A stretch of DNA of 64,000 nucleotides from Rhina ancylostomus (taxonomy: Eukaryota). Below, one piece after another: positions 63,591 to 64,000 of the stretch (position 1 is the first letter of the stretch; every line of letters starts with the position of its first letter). The DNA is taken from positions 25,365,799 through 25,429,798 of the forward strand of contig JARFYF010000029.1 of NCBI GenBank assembly GCA_030265395.1, given 5' to 3'. The notes beneath the pieces are model-generated. The model did no database searches. It saw only the letters and a list, made by a program, of their open reading frames with translations, and was not told where the DNA came from. A program made the translations under genes and the position numbers.

Positions 63591-64000
63591 TTGTTAGGTA
63601 CATCAGCAGGGTTTAATGACACAGTATGTAGATAGTCCAACCAGGGATGGGGCAATACTAGTACTGTGAAATGAGCCTAGCCAGGTGATCGGTGTTTCAA
63701 TGGGAGAGTATTATTGGAACAGTGATCATAACTCCATTAGTTTTCAGAAAGTTATGAGTAAAGATAAGACTGGACCTTGGGGAAAGTGCTAAACTGGGGA
63801 AAGGCTAATTACAACAGTGTTAGGCAGGAGTAGTGGAGAGTAAATTGGGAATGGCTGTTATTGGTAAGTTCACATCTGACATGTGGGAATGGTTTAAAGG
63901 CCAGCTGGTCAGAATTCGGGACCAACATGTTCCTCTGAAGAAGAAAGACAAGGACAGCAAGGTTCAGGATCCTTGGATGAGAAGGGATATTGTGAATTTA
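63591..64000 (+). mobile_element. CR1 LINE ORF2 endonuclease C-terminal region, continues past the window
   Basis: QYVDSPTRDGAIL..NEPSQVIGVSMGEY..NSDHNSISF (APE SDH motif)..VLNWGKANY..WEWFKGQL..QHVPLKKKDKD..PWM. Confidence 0.85.

Overview
AT-rich eukaryotic (vertebrate) genomic DNA, very likely from a cartilaginous fish and probably a ray or other batoid. This is inferred from recalled repeat families: HE1-like V-SINEs, a SacSINE1-like Deu-SINE, CR1/HER1 LINEs, Rex1/Babar LINEs and short Penelope termini. It is a draft assembly with many N gaps. I see no intact protein-coding gene, RNA gene or CRISPR array, and nearly all tracked ORFs are chance or repeat-derived. The window reads as an intronic or gene-desert region: nested, decayed retroelements (CR1, Rex1, Gypsy, Penelope) with repeat-poor, motif-dense stretches that may be conserved non-coding elements. 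The less obvious signals are: (1) two decayed PIF/Harbinger-type Myb/SANT genes on the minus strand, one keeping an intron and followed by a 14-aa coiled-coil repeat region; (2) a 27-bp near-perfect hairpin apparently created by template switching inside a CR1 copy; (3) two cryptic inverted-repeat (MITE-like) elements; (4) a candidate 165-bp symmetric exon; (5) degenerate Penelope hammerhead-ribozyme motifs; (6) V-SINEs with swapped LINE tails. I cannot support a claim of a wholly new biological system. Repeat-family names come from recalled consensus sequences, and most repeat boundaries are approximate.
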